Shown here piece after piece: positions 62,401 through 64,000 of a stretch of 64,000 nucleotides of DNA; the first letter of the stretch is position 1; every line of letters begins with the position of its first letter. The stretch is from assembly GCA_964035545.1 (NCBI GenBank), contig CAXIUT010000230.1:434001-498000 (forward strand), in the 5' to 3' direction. The position numbers and the translations under genes are program-made. The notes below the pieces were generated by a model that had not been told where the DNA came from, did not search any database, and worked only from the letters and a program-made list of their open reading frames with translations. Source of the DNA: Bugula neritina (taxonomy: Eukaryota; Animalia; Bryozoa).

Positions 62401-64000
62401 CACTGTAACATACTGAAATACACTGCAAAATACTCTAACATACTGAAATACACTGCTACATACTGAAATATACTACTACATACTGCAACATTTGGCAACA
62501 TACTGAAATATACTGCGACACATTGCAGTATACTGAAACATACTGAAATATGCTGTAGCACACTGAAATACACTGCAACTCACTGAAATATACTGCAACA
62601 TACTGAAATACACTGTGACATACTGAAATATACTGCGACGTACTGCACCATACTGAAATACACTGTAACATACTGAAATACACTGCAACACATTGAAATA
62701 TACTGCAAAATACTGAAATACACTGCTACATACTGAAATATACTGCAACACACTGCAACATACGGCAACATACTGAAATATACTGCGACACATTGCAATA
62801 TATTCTAACATACTGAAATACAGTGCTACATACTGAAATATACTGCAACATACCGAAATACACTGTAACATGTTGAAATATACTGCAACATACCTAAATA
62901 TACGGTAATATACCAAAATATACTGTAACACATTGAAAAATACTGCAACATACTGAAATACACTGCAACCTCTGAAAAACACTGCAAAATACTGTAACAC
63001 ACTCAAATATACTGCAAAACACCGAAATACACTGCTACATACTGAAATATACTGCAACACACTGCAACATACTGCAACATACTAAAATATACTGCAACAT
63101 ACTGAAATACACTGCAAAATACTGAAATACACTGTAACATACTGAAATATACTGAAATACACTGGAACATATTGAAATACACTGCAACAAATTGAAGTAT
63201 ACTGCAACATACTGAAATACACTTCAACACACTGAAAAACACTGCAATATACTGTAACATACTGAAATATGCCGTAGCACACTGAAATACACTGCAACTC
63301 ACTGAAATATACTGCAACATACTGAAATACACTGTAACATATTGAAATGTACTGCAACATACTGCAACATACTGAAATACACTGGAACATATTGAAATAC
63401 ACTGCAACAAATTGAAGTATACTGCAACACACTGAAACACACTGAAACACACCGCAAAACACTACAACATACTGAAACATACTGCAACATACTGAAATAC
63501 ACTACTACATACTGAAATATACTGCAACATACTGCACCATACTGAAATACACTGTAACATACTGAAATACACTGCAACATAATACAACATTTTGAAATAC
63601 ACTGCAACACATTGAAATATACTGCAACATACCTAAATATACGGTAATATACCAAAATATACTGTAACATAATGAAATATGCTGTAGCACATTGAAATAC
63701 ACTGCAACTCACTGAAATATACTGCAACATACTGAAACACAGTGCTACATACTGAAATATACTGCAACATACTGCAACATACTGAAATACACTGTAACAT
63801 ACTGAAATTCACTGCAACATACTACAACATTTTGAAATACACTGCAACACATTGAAATATACTGCAACATACCTAAATATACGGTAATATACCAAAATAT
63901 ACTGTAACATAATGAAAAATACTGCAACATACTGAAATACACTTCAACACACTGAAAAACACTGCAAAATACTGTAACACACTGAAATATACTGCAAAAC

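Larger units (their letters stand above)
1..64000. repeat. Decamer satellite DNA array (monomers ACTGAAATAY and ACTGYAACAY, mostly alternating as a 20-bp dimer); continues past both window edges
   Basis: The sequence parses end to end into ACTG-initiated 10-mers or close substitution variants, all in the same orientation. Tracking the phase across the window gives a net 30 bp of short indels, so about 6,403 monomers. Confidence 0.99.

Noticed and set aside
15-63942. Hundreds of minus-strand ORFs (60-225 aa, rich in C/S/V/F/Q/Y) as CDS or as a variable-protein cassette system
   Set aside because: They overlap in all three frames with the same peptide cycle, end at sporadic variant stops, and have no domains or unique flanks. 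Repeat and indel lengths are not constrained to multiples of 3, so the satellite fully explains them.
1-64000. CRISPR array
   Set aside because: There are no unique spacers, leader or cas genes. The sequence between recurring motifs is itself the same decamer repeat.
1-64000. Telomeric repeat
   Set aside because: There are no G-runs or G-rich strand. The heterogeneous monomers with kb-scale duplications are not what templated telomerase addition produces.
1-64000. Identity with known short satellites (Drosophila Prodsat AATAACATAG; Parascaris eliminated TTGCA and TTTGTGCGTG)
   Set aside because: Only partial word overlap exists (AACATA; TTGCA on the minus strand) and the consensus differs. 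There is no basis for assigning a species or programmed DNA elimination.
1-64000. Inversions or strand switches in the array
   Set aside because: None seen. All monomers read ACTG... on the plus strand throughout.

Overview
The whole 64 kb window is one uninterrupted, single-orientation satellite DNA array, almost certainly eukaryotic heterochromatin. It is built from about 6,400 decamer monomers of two types that mostly alternate: A = ACTGAAATAY and B = ACTGYAACAY (basic dimer ACTGAAATAYACTGCAACAT). I find no credible genes, RNA genes, transposons, CRISPR arrays or unique sequence. All listed ORFs are minus-strand translation artefacts of the repeat. The interest lies in the nested architecture. 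At small scale there are 10 and 20 bp units and old, diverged 120-320 bp sub-repeats. At larger scale there are 0.7-1.3 kb modules and near-identical multi-kb duplications with periods of 1180, 2359, 2398, 3788, 6269 and 6556 bp. The 10-bp register is broken only by copies of three ancestral indel sites. Diverged blocks sit at both flanks around a homogenised core, which resembles a layered, possibly centromeric, higher-order repeat array. The species and function cannot be determined from the sequence alone, and I cannot support a novel coding system here.
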